64,000 nucleotides of DNA, from positions 13,910,184 through 13,974,183 of the forward strand of contig MU058844.1 in the NCBI GenBank assembly GCA_013265495.1. Reading direction: 5' to 3'. Of the stretch, positions 26,301 to 39,112 are shown in pieces. The notes beneath the pieces were generated by a model, which was not told where the DNA came from, searched no databases, and saw nothing but the letters and a program-made list of their open reading frames with translations. Numbering within the stretch: position 1 is the stretch's first letter; each line of letters starts with the position of its first letter. A program made the translations under genes and the position numbers. This DNA is from Vicugna vicugna (Eukaryota).

Positions 26301-28419
26301 TGGCAAAATTGTGAGCCTTACATGAGCTCCATTTTTACCAACAGAATATAAAAGATACTGTTTTATGTGGCAGTTCCGATGAGGTAATTGGGCATCATAT
26401 ATTTCTCTTGCGAAGTTTAATTAGGCACGATGGGTGTATCTATCTATAGGTAAAAAAGACCTGACTTTTGGACATTTTTATTTAAATCATCAAACTCTGC
26501 CATAACTCAGTTCCATTCAGGCACAGTATCACATTTTTTTTTTTTTCTCTCTCTCTCTGTATCTCTTTCTCATGTTTGGTTATAGTGTTGAGGCTATCAG
26601 TAGAATAGTAAAATGTTTATGTTTATGAAAAACAAGTCACTTTATTTTTCAGTGTCTAACTGCTGTGAGTGGATAGCTGTCTCCCATAAAGAGAATAAAG
26701 CTAAGGTTATTTGCTTGAACTTTCCAGAGGAAAGGATAATGAGAGAAGACTCAGAATATTTTTGCTGGACTTCCTTGTTTTTCCATTCGATCTGAGTTTA
26801 CTTCATCCTGACTTGACAATCTGATAAGAGTCTTTCAAAGGATATCAGCCCAGAAGACAGTATCCCTTAAAATACTGTGATAATTGTGTTTCTCTGGAAG
26901 ACCTTTTTTTAAAACTTTTTTTTGATTCATCGTCAGTGTAAGGAAAATAGCCCATCTTTGGTGGCAGGATTGACTGACTGATTGATTGATTGGTTGATTT
27001 AGGTATTGGCTTAGTTATTCCTCATGTTTCCTGTAAACTATGGTATGACATTTTTTTTTTTTACCAAAAAGGACATTCCAAAAACACCTGTTTTCTAACT
27101 GAATCATCAATATATTAGTTCTAAATAGATTTTGAAAGTATTCTCTGAGGTATGCAATTAGGACAATGGTTTTCGTGATAGTCCTTTGAGGTAATTTTAT
27201 TTTATCTCTGTTTTCCACCTAAGACATCCTGCCTGAGAATTTAGGGCTTGTGAGTTCAAAGATGAAAAAATCGATTGCTAGGTTTATTTTCATTGTTAAT
27301 TTGAAAAGAATGCCTCTCTCAAACCCTTATCCATATTCCTTAATTCAAGGTTTTCACCTGTGGATGCTACAGCCTAGTATAAGAATGACAGGTGTGGACA
27401 AGTATGTGAAATACAGCAGTACCACATACATCAATTTCATAAATAATAACCCAATCAGTTGGTTGCTCATTAACTTAGAAGCTGACATCTCTGGGCACAC
27501 AATTTCCTGCTTTCTTGGAAAGAAAAAAAAAATGATGACAGATTGATTAACATTCCAGAGGGATATTTAACTTTTTTTTTGGAAGACGAGCTATTTTTTC
27601 CACACTCTGGAAACATCTCTAAGCATACAAACATAAATAGGTTGCTCATAACCTTGACATCATTTAAAGAAAAATAGCTCAATACTTGAGAGCTGTGACT
27701 TAATTAGGTCAATGATATAAATGTAAAACTCTGTGCTTGATAAGTATCTTATAATTCAGATTTTCTCATCTTCAGGCTTGTCTTCTCTACCTTTTTAACA
27801 CTTAGGACTAATCAGGACAAATAATTCAGATTATTATTAGACATCATTAGAAGTTATACACCTTTGGGAAATTTTTATTTAGATAAATTAGATGATCAAT
27901 GTGTCTCTTCCAATTAGTTATGAATTATCTAGGAGGAAGAGACACTTCATGAGCTGTTTTAATTAGCAAAAGCAATAAGGGGTATTACGGTCCTAGGATG
28001 AATCCTAGGTACAGACTTTGGGACACAAATATAGACACATTCAAATGGGTTTGGCTCTGGATCTAGGAAGCAACAAGAGAAGAGATTCTGGGAATAGGGA
28101 GAAAACAGCCCTGCAGATGAGATAGTTTGGTGAGTGATATGAGCAGAGGTTGAGGGAAGTGATCCTTCTCTGCAGAGTTACTGGAAGCTGTGTCATCTCT
28201 AAGGCTGGGTTTTCCAGTGTTTCCTGTATGGGAGCACTTTTCATTTCTTCAAAATGATGATATCGCCACTGAATAATGGAAAACCCTAATCACCCTGCAT
28301 TAAACTAGGTGGAGTGGATTTGCTAGCAGTGCTAGTCACTGATGTGGTTAGGGAATCTGTGCAAGAAGATGAGAACTCAGAGGCTAAAAATTGCTGAGAG
28401 ACGTATAAGTTAAAGCTCG

Positions 28420-28893
28420 TGTATTAGTGCCTTATACACTATAACAAATGTGCACAAATGTAGTGGCTGGAAAGAACCCATGACAGTTCTGCAGGTCAGA
28501 AGTCCAAGGTGGGTCTTGTAGGACTACAGTCAAGGTATTGGCGGGGCTGTGTTCCTTCTAAGGTGTCCAGGAGAAAATTTGCTTCTTTACCTTTTCTAGC
28601 TTCTAGAGGCCACTTGCATCTCTTGGTTCAAAGCCCTTCCTCTCCTCAAAGCAAGCCCTGTAGCATTGTCAAATATCTCTGACTCAGACTCCTCTTCTGC
28701 CTCCTTCCCCTACTTTCAATGACCTCTGCAATTACATTGGGATAATCTAGAATAATCTCTCTGTTTTAAAGTCAAATGATTAGTGATGTAGTTCCATTTA
28801 CAACCCTAATTCCCTGTGCCATGTAACACAACATACTCATTGGTTCCTAGAACTATCACGTATGTATGTGTGGGGGGACATTATGTTACCACA
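28420..28893 (-). mobile_element. MaLR solo LTR (MLT1C/D-like)
   Basis: TGTATTAG start, CAGTTCTGCAGGTCAGAAGTCCAAG, TTTTCTAGCTTCTAGAGGCCAC, GGATAATCTAGAATAATCTC, ending TTACCACA. Confidence 0.85.
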
Positions 28894-30079
28894 ACTTGGA
28901 AAACAATGGTGGAATGAGATCAATCATCATGTCTTCACTTTGGGGAAGGAAAATATTTGCAAAATTAAGGAGGCATTTTAGAAAATATCATGGAGTAAAG
29001 ACTGCATGGAAACAGTGACATAGCTAGAAGACCAACAGACAAATTTGAGGGTGCAAACAATCTGGGACTGAATGAGGATTTTGTTTTAAAGTCAGGGACA
29101 AAGGTAAAAGTGTGTGCATAGTGTTAGGTAAAGATGATGGAATTTGGTGAATAAATTCATTAGAATAACAATTAAAATCAAATTAAAAGTAAATTAATAG
29201 GATTCTTCAAATTAGGGTTTTGAGCATGAAAATTTTGCTTCCCACTTACTTTGTAGTCATGTTACTTCAGATGTTGCCAATAATTCATTTTATGATGACA
29301 TGGTCCTTATTAGAGTCTTACTTAGATCCTGTTGCATCAAACCAGCATCTTAATCTGGACCTGAAAATTCAGCATTGAAGTTTTTCACAGGCAATGTCTG
29401 GGCAACTAATGCCTCGAAACAACAGCAAACAAATGAAAAACTATTACATTCTTCTTAAGCATTTCCCTTGGCCTTGCCTCCATAATTCTTGAAAGGTGTT
29501 GACACAGCATCTCTAGTTCTTTTAAGCAAGTTTCAGGTGGAGGGAAAAGCCCCAGTTTCCATTTCAGAGCTGGATCTCTGAGCATGATTAAGGTTTCAAG
29601 TGAATATCACAATTCATGAAAAATATCGCTGGCTGCAAAACAGGACCTGGAAATAGCAACAACAGTAAAAGTAGATATGCTCTAGAGAGTGTGCGTCGTT
29701 AAACTATTCAACATCTTAATTACATTTCCTTTCTCGATCCAAGAGCCTACTAGGAGATATCTTGTCACTGTTCTCACTGCTTCCTAATGACCAAAACTGT
29801 CAAAATAGATATTTTTCTGTGCTTTATTTCCTGAGCTTTTGTGTGTGTGAGATTGAGAGACACGGGTGTAATATCAGCTGGAATGTGAACTATCCAAAAG
29901 CACTAGGTATTTATATACAAATATTTGGCACTGAAATCCAAAACTGAGAGACCCCCCCCCAAAGGGTTTACTGTGATAATTTCTTTAAAGTTCCTGGGAC
30001 AGCGCATGCTCTTGTTTCTACGATATATTCTTAAGCAAGGAAATAGTATGTAAGTGTTCGTGTTTTTACTTCCATAACC

Positions 30080-31180
30080 CTTCATTCTTTCTCTTCACCA
30101 TTGATTTGGGGGTATGGTTCGTTCCATAGGAGGCCCCCAGCTCTTTGACCTCACTGCCGATGAGTTTCCTCTCCACTCCACCCCCTCATTCAGTCTAATG
30201 GAGCATCTCGCTGACTGCTTCGTCTTCTGTCTGAATTAAAGTGCATCCCACTCTGATCTCAACCTTCTCCCATTCTGGCGGCTTTTATCCATGACTTCCT
30301 TGGCCTCTTAAGTCCTCTGATCACCCACCTTTTGTTCTTCCCTGCCTTCAGGTATGTCCAATTTCATTAGAGTCTACAAGCCATATGTCAACATGCTCTT
30401 GCAAATACTCTCCATTCCCTGGCCTCTATGGCTGTTTTGTCACATCCATCAAGCAAAGACCCAGCTGTGAGTAATTCAAACAGCTTGCTTTCTTAGTAGA
30501 TGCACTGGATCAGCCACATACTGTTTAGACCAGCCACATGTTATTTCACAATACAGCCGAGTGGTCACCAAAGTTAAAAAGGTCTGAGTGCTGGTCAACA
30601 ATTCCACTATCAAACATATGCAATCACTCAGAAATTTATATTTATCATCCTGAAATTTCTGGACTCCAGAAATATGTTTCCAATGAGAGGTTCCAGTATC
30701 CCTAATTGAAAGCCTCAAAGGCACCTACAAGTCAACATCTGTGAGCTCAGTATTGTCCCCCTAAATTGGATCTCCCCAGTGTTTCCAGTGTCAACATCCT
30801 TTGCCTTCTCCTTTCCCTAACATTTCTCAGCTATGTGAATAGATTTTACGTCCTAAATATTTCTCAAATCAATCTTCTCTTCATCTCCACTGCCACTGTC
30901 CTAGTGAGAATAGTACTGTTTCCTTCCTACTGCAGTTGTCCCCAACTCTTCTTCCCGTATCCAGTGTTGCGCCATTAAATTTCTTCTTCACACTGAGGCC
31001 AAATGTTCTATGACATGTAAATTTAGACATGTGGTCTCTTCCTTCAAAACCTTCAAAGTTCCATTACTTACAGGATCAACATATTTGGCAAGGCCCACAA
31101 ATAAGGCCTCCAAGGTCTTACCTTCACAGCTTCATTTTCCTCCGCGTTCCCCTTTGCTGTCAGAACACGAGCCTTACTTG
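30080..31180 (+). mobile_element. Degraded L2 fragments
   Basis: CT-rich with L2-like motifs such as CCTAAATATTTCTCAAATCAATCTTCTCTTCATCTCCACTGCCACTGTCCTAGT. Confidence 0.6.
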
Positions 31181-31344
31181 TCATTGTGTGGTAAGATTAC
31201 TTTTATCAGACTACATGGATCGGAGAATTAAATACAGAAAAGTTGCTATACTCAACCAAAGTTGCATCATGATTAGCTGACAAAACTGGAAGCCAAATTT
31301 GATGCTCTGATTTGAAGTCCAGTGCTTTCTTTTGGCATATGTGT

Positions 31345-31463
31345 ATTTTTATTGAAGTATAGTCAGTTTACAATGTTGTGTCAATTTCAGGTGTACAGCA
31401 TAATGCTACATGAACATACATGTATTCATTTTCATATTTTTTTCCGCCGTAAGTTACTACAAG
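31345..31463 (-). mobile_element. Short young L1 3' tail, antisense
   Basis: TTTTTATTGAAGTATAGTCAGTTTACAATGTTGTGTCAATTTCAGGTGTACAGCA; reverse complement of the tail at 44470-44520. Confidence 0.85.
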
Positions 31464-33239
31464 CTGCTTCTTCAATAATAATTTTTGCTCTCTGCTAATT
31501 CTTTGCAATTTATAATAAAAAAATTTCTATTCCATTTGGGGGACATTTATAAAAAACCCAAATCTAGATTTTTTTCATACTTGGAAGTCATTTTGAGAAT
31601 ATCTGACCAGCATGCAGTGAGCCATTAAAGAAAATGAAAGGAAAAATGAATGTGCACATAGAGCATTTAGTCCTACACAGTATAAAGCCATAAAGATAAC
31701 AAACTGACCTGACTAAGCATGTTTAAATGTAGTCTTAAAATCTTGCTCATCAAAGTAATGGACTGTAGTCTCCTAGGAATTACACGGAGACTCAGGGAAC
31801 AGCAGACTGCATGGCTATGTATTGGGTAAAACTATTACGATAATAGTCTCTTGGTTTCCATACAGTTTCTCACAACAGGCTTTATTTCCAGAGGCATTAA
31901 AGTGTGATTTTTAAATAGTAAAGACACAGCCTCAGAAAGATTTCAGACATAAAATCAAGAGGTTATCAAGTGCAACAGACAATAAGGCTAGCCCTCCAGG
32001 AAGACTAATGTAAATTTACGGCATCACCGATAAAATTATTATAATTGCTATTGCAGGTCACTATGGAATGAGAGTTTGGGGCTGTTTGGGGTTTTTTTCC
32101 AGTTGTTTGTGTTTAAGGATGAATAGAGTAGAAAGATACGTTACTCTTAGCTTGATTCTTTTGATTCTGAGAATTAAGAGTAATTTTTATTATATGTAGT
32201 ATATAATTTTGTATTTTATTTAACTATACCATGTATATAATAAGACCTATGTATTTGAAGTCACATTTGACTTGGGTCATCCTTCATTGCTTGTTTTTCA
32301 ATTTACTTCACCAAGGTTTCACTAGAAGATGGTCTGGAAACAAAAGAGCGTAAGACCCAGTTCCTGTCCCCGCCCCCAACCAAAAATGCAGTTTTAGAAA
32401 GATATGAAGTATCCGAAGAAATGTTTCCATATGTGGTTGTATTTCCAAATGAGTGGTAAAGACATTAAGAGTGCTACAAGAATTCACAGAGGGAAGTAAT
32501 TACTAAAGAGTAAAATTGTCCAGTGGTAAAGATCTGTTTGTTGAATTTGAGAGAGCTAAAGGGCTCAGAAAGATGTAAGAGAAGTGTACCCTGTATAGCT
32601 GGGCTGTATTTACAATGAAAGATAGTAAGTATATCCAAGAAATATTTAGCGATCTATGTGGTCCAGAAGAAAAATGAAAAAAAAAAACATAGACTTGGGA
32701 CATACGTATAAATAAGAATGAATGATCTGAATGTTATTCCAAAAGCTTGCATGGGAACATGCATTCTTCCAAGTAGCCTGAGAATCAAAGAGCAGCAATC
32801 AATAAGGCATCTATACCAGGGTGTTTGGTTAAGGGAAAGAGTGCTTGTATCGCATGACCTTTGAGGAACAAGTACACGTATCCTGTTTGACTAAAGTGGG
32901 CTAATGTGAGCAGAAAGGAAGGAAGTAGCATGTGGCTAACGAGAGAGTGCATTAAAAGACCTAATTCAAACTTAAACTGTGCTAACAAAATATATCTGTG
33001 GGTCACAGTGAGCTGAGTCTACCACCCTCCCTTAACTAGGCATCTCTTGAAATTAGAGGATGTGCTTTACATATTTTGGTAACTTCTACCTTGGTATAAT
33101 ATTTGAAATACATCAGTGTGATTTGAATGAATGAATGAATCTCATCTAAAAATCAGCCCCTCTTCTGAGCATGGCAGTAAAGCGAGTCACTGCTTGCAAG
33201 AGACTCTTGACTTCTACTCATACACACGGGTCATCCCTA

Positions 33240-33425
33240 GATAATGTAATAGCTAATTTTTTACATTGTTTAATTTACTTTTTAATAACCTACAATATAA
33301 TCAGAGTTGGCATTATTCTTTTTACTTTATAGAAAAAAAAATGAAATTCAGAGGAGTTAAGTGAGATGGCCGAGGTTATTTAGCGAAGATGAAAATCTTA
33401 AGTAGTAAAGGTGAAATTCAAAATT
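33240..33425 (-). mobile_element. MIR SINE
   Basis: ATAGCTAAT...AATAACCTAC...TATTATTC..TTTATAG..GAAATTCAGAGGAGTTAAGTGA...CCGAGGTTAT core-like pattern. Confidence 0.55.
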
Positions 33426-33709
33426 TTGTGTGTTTATATGTGTGCTTGCCAGTTTCTTCTGACAATAAACCAATTATGAATTTTAGTGAAACCTAACCTA
33501 CATGTTTAGTGTCTTATCATACAACAGCATAATGTGATATACAGCCCCAGACTTTTCAGGAATTATGAAATGTTTTACCGGAATATTTTCCACTAGCCCC
33601 TGAAACAGAGTCCATGGAGAAAATGGAGTGACTGGTTTGAGGCTTCCTTGCACTGTTTTATATGTCATGGGACTTTTGAGATCTGTGAACACTCTTCCTT
33701 CAACAGATT

Positions 33710-33838
33710 CTGTTTTATAGGTGGGATAGTTAATACTCAGTGACTTATTTGCTTAGAGTGACTTGCTTAAGGCCAATAAGTTGGTAAAAGGCAAAGTTTA
33801 TCTTCAAACCTGTATCCTCTGATTCGACATCCAGTGAA
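33710..33838 (-). mobile_element. MIR core fragment
   Basis: TGTTTTATAGGTGGG...GTGACTTGCTTAAGGCCA...TTCAAACCTGTATCCTCTGATTC. Confidence 0.55.
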
Positions 33839-35819
33839 TACCCCATTGCCTATCCCCTCAAAGATACACTGATCTAAAAGGCTAATCAAGAAGTCTTAAG
33901 AATTCTGAAACCTGCCAAGATTGGAGGTGAGATTGTTTTAGGGTAAAGCAACTTCTTTGTGCCCCGTTTATTTCACAGAGCATTTTAGAGACTTACGCAC
34001 TATCCATTTGCAGAAATGCATTGCCCTTCTCCTTCAAATTTATGATCTATGTCCTCCAAGAATTCAGATCAATATGATGACCAAGTGATTCATATCCCCA
34101 TGTCTTACTTATAACTGTCACTTTGAGAAACACTTACCTCACTCCACCTTCTTAATATATCCTGGATATCCCATGGTACAAATACTGCTAAAAATTCTTT
34201 AAAATATCTTTAAATAGAATAGTATCAACCTGAAAGCCAGTCAATTAGACTTTCCAAATACCAGGTTGTTAACCTAAAAAATAACAATTTATAGCAGAGC
34301 AAAGTGAACACAGCTCTAGAAGCCAGAGGAACTTTAAAAAGTATCAGTTGTGTGTTTTCTATTATGAGTTTTGTGAAAAAGTTCTGTTAAAAGTCACCCC
34401 ATTTTCAGAATTCATTAACTACAACTGAAGTTTTTAGGTGGTCTTGGTTGAATAGTCTCAGAATGTGCAGAGGAAGGAATAGTCAGACCAGAAGCAAATT
34501 CAGTGGAGAATGGCAAAAACCTTGGCTCTGTTGTATACACTTGATCAATGGATACTAAATAAATGATTAAAATGACAACAGTAAAAGCAATCGTATAGAA
34601 AAAAATGAAGGGGACTATTTCAATGAAGATAGATTGTGTATTTTACTACAAGTAAAAGCATTTAAAAATACTATTTGAGAAGTTAGCAAAGACCTTGGGG
34701 AAATTACATTTATTATATTAGGTTTATTTGGAGCAATTTGTATTAATTTAGCATAAGAGAATCCATATAATAATTACTCTGAAAACATTCTCCTTTAAGT
34801 GATAATTTTTCTTATAGACCATGAAAATCATATATAAGTACTGCCAAGAAAATTATTTCTTTTCACATTAAAAGCAGTTAAAAAAAAGCTGAACAGGAAA
34901 GGAACAGCAATCACAGTAAACACCTGGCACCTAGCAGGGGTTATCTAGCTTCTCATGGCCAATACATCTTCAGTTTTTTCCAGTGTATTCATTTTAATAT
35001 ATGTCCTGCAGTAGGATGTCTGGTATCTATACTGCACCATCACGGTTTTAATATTTTCTTTAGGACCATTCCTCAGCTTATAAGAGAGAGTCTATAGTCT
35101 TAGAGAGTCTATTTTTAAAGATCAGTGTGAAACAGCCAAGATATTCAGAACTGGAGACGAATTAAGCAGCGTCTCTTGAAATGCGCCGTCAAAAACTTTA
35201 AGCTGTCTTCCTGTTTGTAGACAGGAAAATGTTTTGAAGCCAATCAAGGAGCGGTGTACATTATGTACATTGATTGCAGCCAGGGAGGATGCCAGATTGA
35301 ACATCTGCCTCTGATAGAAACTGAAAAGGGCAGTTGGTAAATGAAATGATATCAGTAAATCTCAAAGATAAGATGATGCTAGGGGGTGTCTGCAGGGAAT
35401 GCCAGGAAAAGTAGAGTGGACTCCTAAGTAGAAATCAAAGGTGTTAAATAACAAAATGAGATATCTACATTATGTGTTAAATCTCAGTGCCTTTAAGAAG
35501 AAAATAATGCCTGTGCTGGAATTTTTAGCAGTTGGGAGAAAAAGCTGGAGTAACAGGATTAAAGGGAAGCTGTGGAAAGGTGATTGGATCTGTCGTTAGC
35601 AGCCTTGAGCTGGAGTTCTGATTCAGCCGGTTACCGAGAGCCTTGTGGTGTTGGTGACCACAGTTTCTCTTCTCTGCCATTCTAACCCCTCACCGTACTT
35701 CATCTCCGATATTTCAGGTTTGAGAGTCACATTTTGATCAAGAGACAGAAAGTACTCAGGGCTATAACAAGCAGGCATTAAATGTCCCAAAATACAAAGA
35801 AACTCATATTTTTAAATGA

Positions 35820-36265
35820 TAAATATTTATTCAAATGAAGAAATTTTATTGAACATAAACTGGGTAACAGGTATCTTTCTATAAGGTTAGTTAAAAAAAG
35901 AAAGAAAAGAAAGCTCTATTCCCAGGTAGTACAAAGTCCAGGGTGGGAGAGAGACAATCAGACAGGCAACTGCCAAACACTGAACAACTATTAGAGAAAT
36001 GGGCTCCATGTTCAAACGCACAGAGACGGGGCGTAGAAATATGCCTTGGAGTCAGTTAAAGAGATAACTCAAGAGAAGATGTTACCTGAGTTGATTCTTA
36101 GAGGACAGGTAGGCACTGGTCAGATGAAGATGGACAGGTCATTCCAGGAAGAGGGAACAATACTTACAAAGAAACAAAGGGAAAAAAAAGTGTTCCATCT
36201 GAGAAGTTGCAAATCGTTCAGTAGGGCTGGAATGGACTGTTTGAGATTATGTTTAAAGGTCAGTC
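35820..36265 (-). mobile_element. L2 3' fragment
   Basis: TTTATTCAAA...TTTATTGAAC; CCTGAGTTGATTCTTAGAGGACAGGTAGG; ATTCCAGGAAGAGGGAACA. Confidence 0.65.
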
Positions 36266-36380
36266 ATGATAGATTCAGTGTATTTTCATTGTGGACTATG
36301 ATTTTTTTTCTATAAAGCAGGTAACATACGTAACCAAAGTGGCTTTGTGAACTGCAGCTGCTTTTCATCCCACCTCAATG

Positions 36381-36539
36381 CAGTGGTACGCTGATAAATG
36401 TTTAGCCACTGGTCTCCGAGGCTGGGTAGAGAACCTGACTGTTCAAGCTACCAGCAAGATGCCACTGAACTTGAAATTGGGAAGAGATGTGCACACTATT
36501 TCTCTAGAGCCAGTCCCAGCCACCTCCAACACACCACTG
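36381..36539 (-). mobile_element. MER63-like non-autonomous hAT DNA transposon
   Basis: Terminal inverted repeats CAGTGGTACGCTG ... CCAACACACCACTG; internal TTGGGAAGAGATGTGCAC and GAGCCAGTCCCAGCC. Confidence 0.7.
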
Positions 36540-38906
36540 CCAAGTCCTACCACTACCTTTGTGTACCTCAAAGGAGTCCTGACCTGACAGTCAGCTCATC
36601 ATTTAGGATTGATGAGAATTGTGCTAGGAGAACATTACATTTACTACTACAAAGCCCCAGCTGTAATCTCCCAGTGTTGCCACAACTTCCAGTTTTTCAG
36701 GGAATGTCGAATTATCCATTTTGTTTGTGAAGTACCCCAAATCGTAACTGTCGATAAATCATAGTTTTAAGATCCTATGAATGCTAATAATAAATAGACC
36801 TAAGAAAACACTCTGTCACATACACCCAGTGTGGAGGCTTTGAGTTGGTGTGGGCAGTGCAAGCCTGTCCAGGTTTAAGCCGGGAAGTGAGTGACCCAGT
36901 TAGTTCTACTGGGTAAATTTCGCCCCCGGCATCATCAAGGGTGGCCGTCTTTGCTCCATGTGGGTTTTCCCCATCGCTTGACCTGCTTCCAGACAGGAAG
37001 GTTTTTTTTCTCCACGTTTTCCATATGCCTTTCTTTTCATCTTTTTCCTTTAGAAAGTTGACTCAGCTCTATGTTTTCAGCACTGAGTGTGGCAGAGAGG
37101 AACACAAAGCCTTGATTGAATAAGGCAAGTAGAGAACATTGCTTGCTGTATGCGCTTCGGAGGCAAGGCCAGCAGTCCATAACCAGTCATAAACCAGATC
37201 ACGAAATTGAATTAAATAATCAAGAGCTAAGTGTACTGAGCTAGAAAATAAATTCTGTGTTTACAGTGGTTTCGGATCCTTTCTCCAGGTCTGTCTCCAG
37301 GACCTTCCTTTATTAGTGGTAAGTAGTTGCTAGGCAACCATTCCAAGTCTATGCCCCTACTGCTTCCTACATCCAAGCTAGAGAAACAAATTACATGCCA
37401 CTTTAAAAGCCAAGATTTTATCTTCTTCACCAAGGTATTTAGGCGTGTTAGCTAAAACTAACGTGACTGTTGGTTTATTTACTTTTCTGTCTTGGGAAAA
37501 ATATGCATGCGTTGGTGCAACAAGCATACATTTATTAAGTGCCTACGCTAAGTCACACTCTAGAAGGTAAAGATATTAAAAAATGTACCTCTCCCCTAAG
37601 TAAACTCACAACATTGAGGGGAGGGGAGATGCTGAGAAAACACACACACACACACAAACATGCACGCAGTATAAGAAGAAAATGGAGGAAATAAGATCTG
37701 GTGCATCTATGTTATGTCTGCCTTCAATTCCTGTGGTTATTTTAGGGTCTTTTCTAACTGCTCCACTGATAATAAAGAAGATAAAGAAATTCGAATATCC
37801 TTTATCTAAAAATAATCCTTGGTCTCTGCCAACCTCTTTACTATCCTGATTTCTTTGATATTTCAAAGGCTGCATCCTTTCTTTGAAGAAGCTAAAAATT
37901 GATGTGGGACTTAGAAACTCCAAGAGAACCCCTTCTTCCTTTCCCTGCCCCAAGTTAATGTAGCACTTTTATTTTTTTTTATGCCCAGTGATGTCAGGTT
38001 CAAGGGGACATTATTTCCTGAGCCCATATCTAGGGCAGATATCAACAACAGAACAGAAAATTTTGATTTGGCGCTGACTCAGAAAATCCAGGATTATGTG
38101 ACTGCTCCAACCACATCTCAAAGCTGAGACTATATGAATAAAATAGTTCAAAGGATGGAGCAAGGTTTTATTTTTCTTTATGTGAAGACTGAAGTCTCCC
38201 AAAGGATCTGAGTCATCCTCGGAACCTTTGACAAGCTGTGTTTCCTGTAACTAGAGATGGTGACACCTTGGTTGGTTGCTGCCCCCTGACTAGATCTAAA
38301 GAACTTGGGCTGTTCCTTCCTGGGTTGCTTTCTTTAATCATCTTTCCTTTCCATTAATTTCAAGAAAGCTGTGTTCTTTATACTATTCTCTTATTCAAGG
38401 GGAGAAGCAGACAAGATTCAACACATAGATCAGCTCTGACATTTGCAATCCAGGAATAGAAAACCAGAATGCCAACTGGAGTCTTTCCCAGTAATTTTAT
38501 TTCACACGACCTGGAATATTGATTAAAAAAAAAAAAAAAAAGAAATCCCAGGCAGTTTCATAGGTGTCCGGAGTAGTATGTTCATTCAACCCTGACATTT
38601 ACTATACCACTTGTTCTACTTCACATGTAATTGAACTATTAAAAAGTACTGAAGAATTTTGAAGTTCAATAACCAAGCTCCAGAGAATTCACCCCATTTA
38701 TCCAGGGCTTCCCCATGTTGTTTTTACATATATGAGCTAAAGCTAGTTAGTTATAAGATACCGAATCAAAAGTTTCCTTTGTGTTTTTATTTTTACTCCA
38801 GCCTCTCCTCCTGCATCTATGGTCCTCATTTTTCTCAACCTGCCCATTAACTTCATTCTCCAAAATGAATTGTCTTCACCTACTTAGCTTAATTCGAGTC
38901 TGTTCG

Positions 38907-38958
38907 TTTTCTTTCTTCCTTTCTTTCTTTCTTCCTTTCTTTCTTTCTTTCTTTCTTC

Positions 38959-39057
<99 letters not shown>

Positions 39058-39112
39058 TCCTTCTTCTCTCCCTCCTTTCCTCCCTCCTTCCCTCCTTGCT
39101 TCCATCCCTTCT
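38907..39112. repeat. (TTTC)n tetranucleotide microsatellite with CT-rich tail
   Basis: About 150 bp of TTTC units with a few TTCC interruptions, followed by CCCT/CCTT units. Confidence 0.98.
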
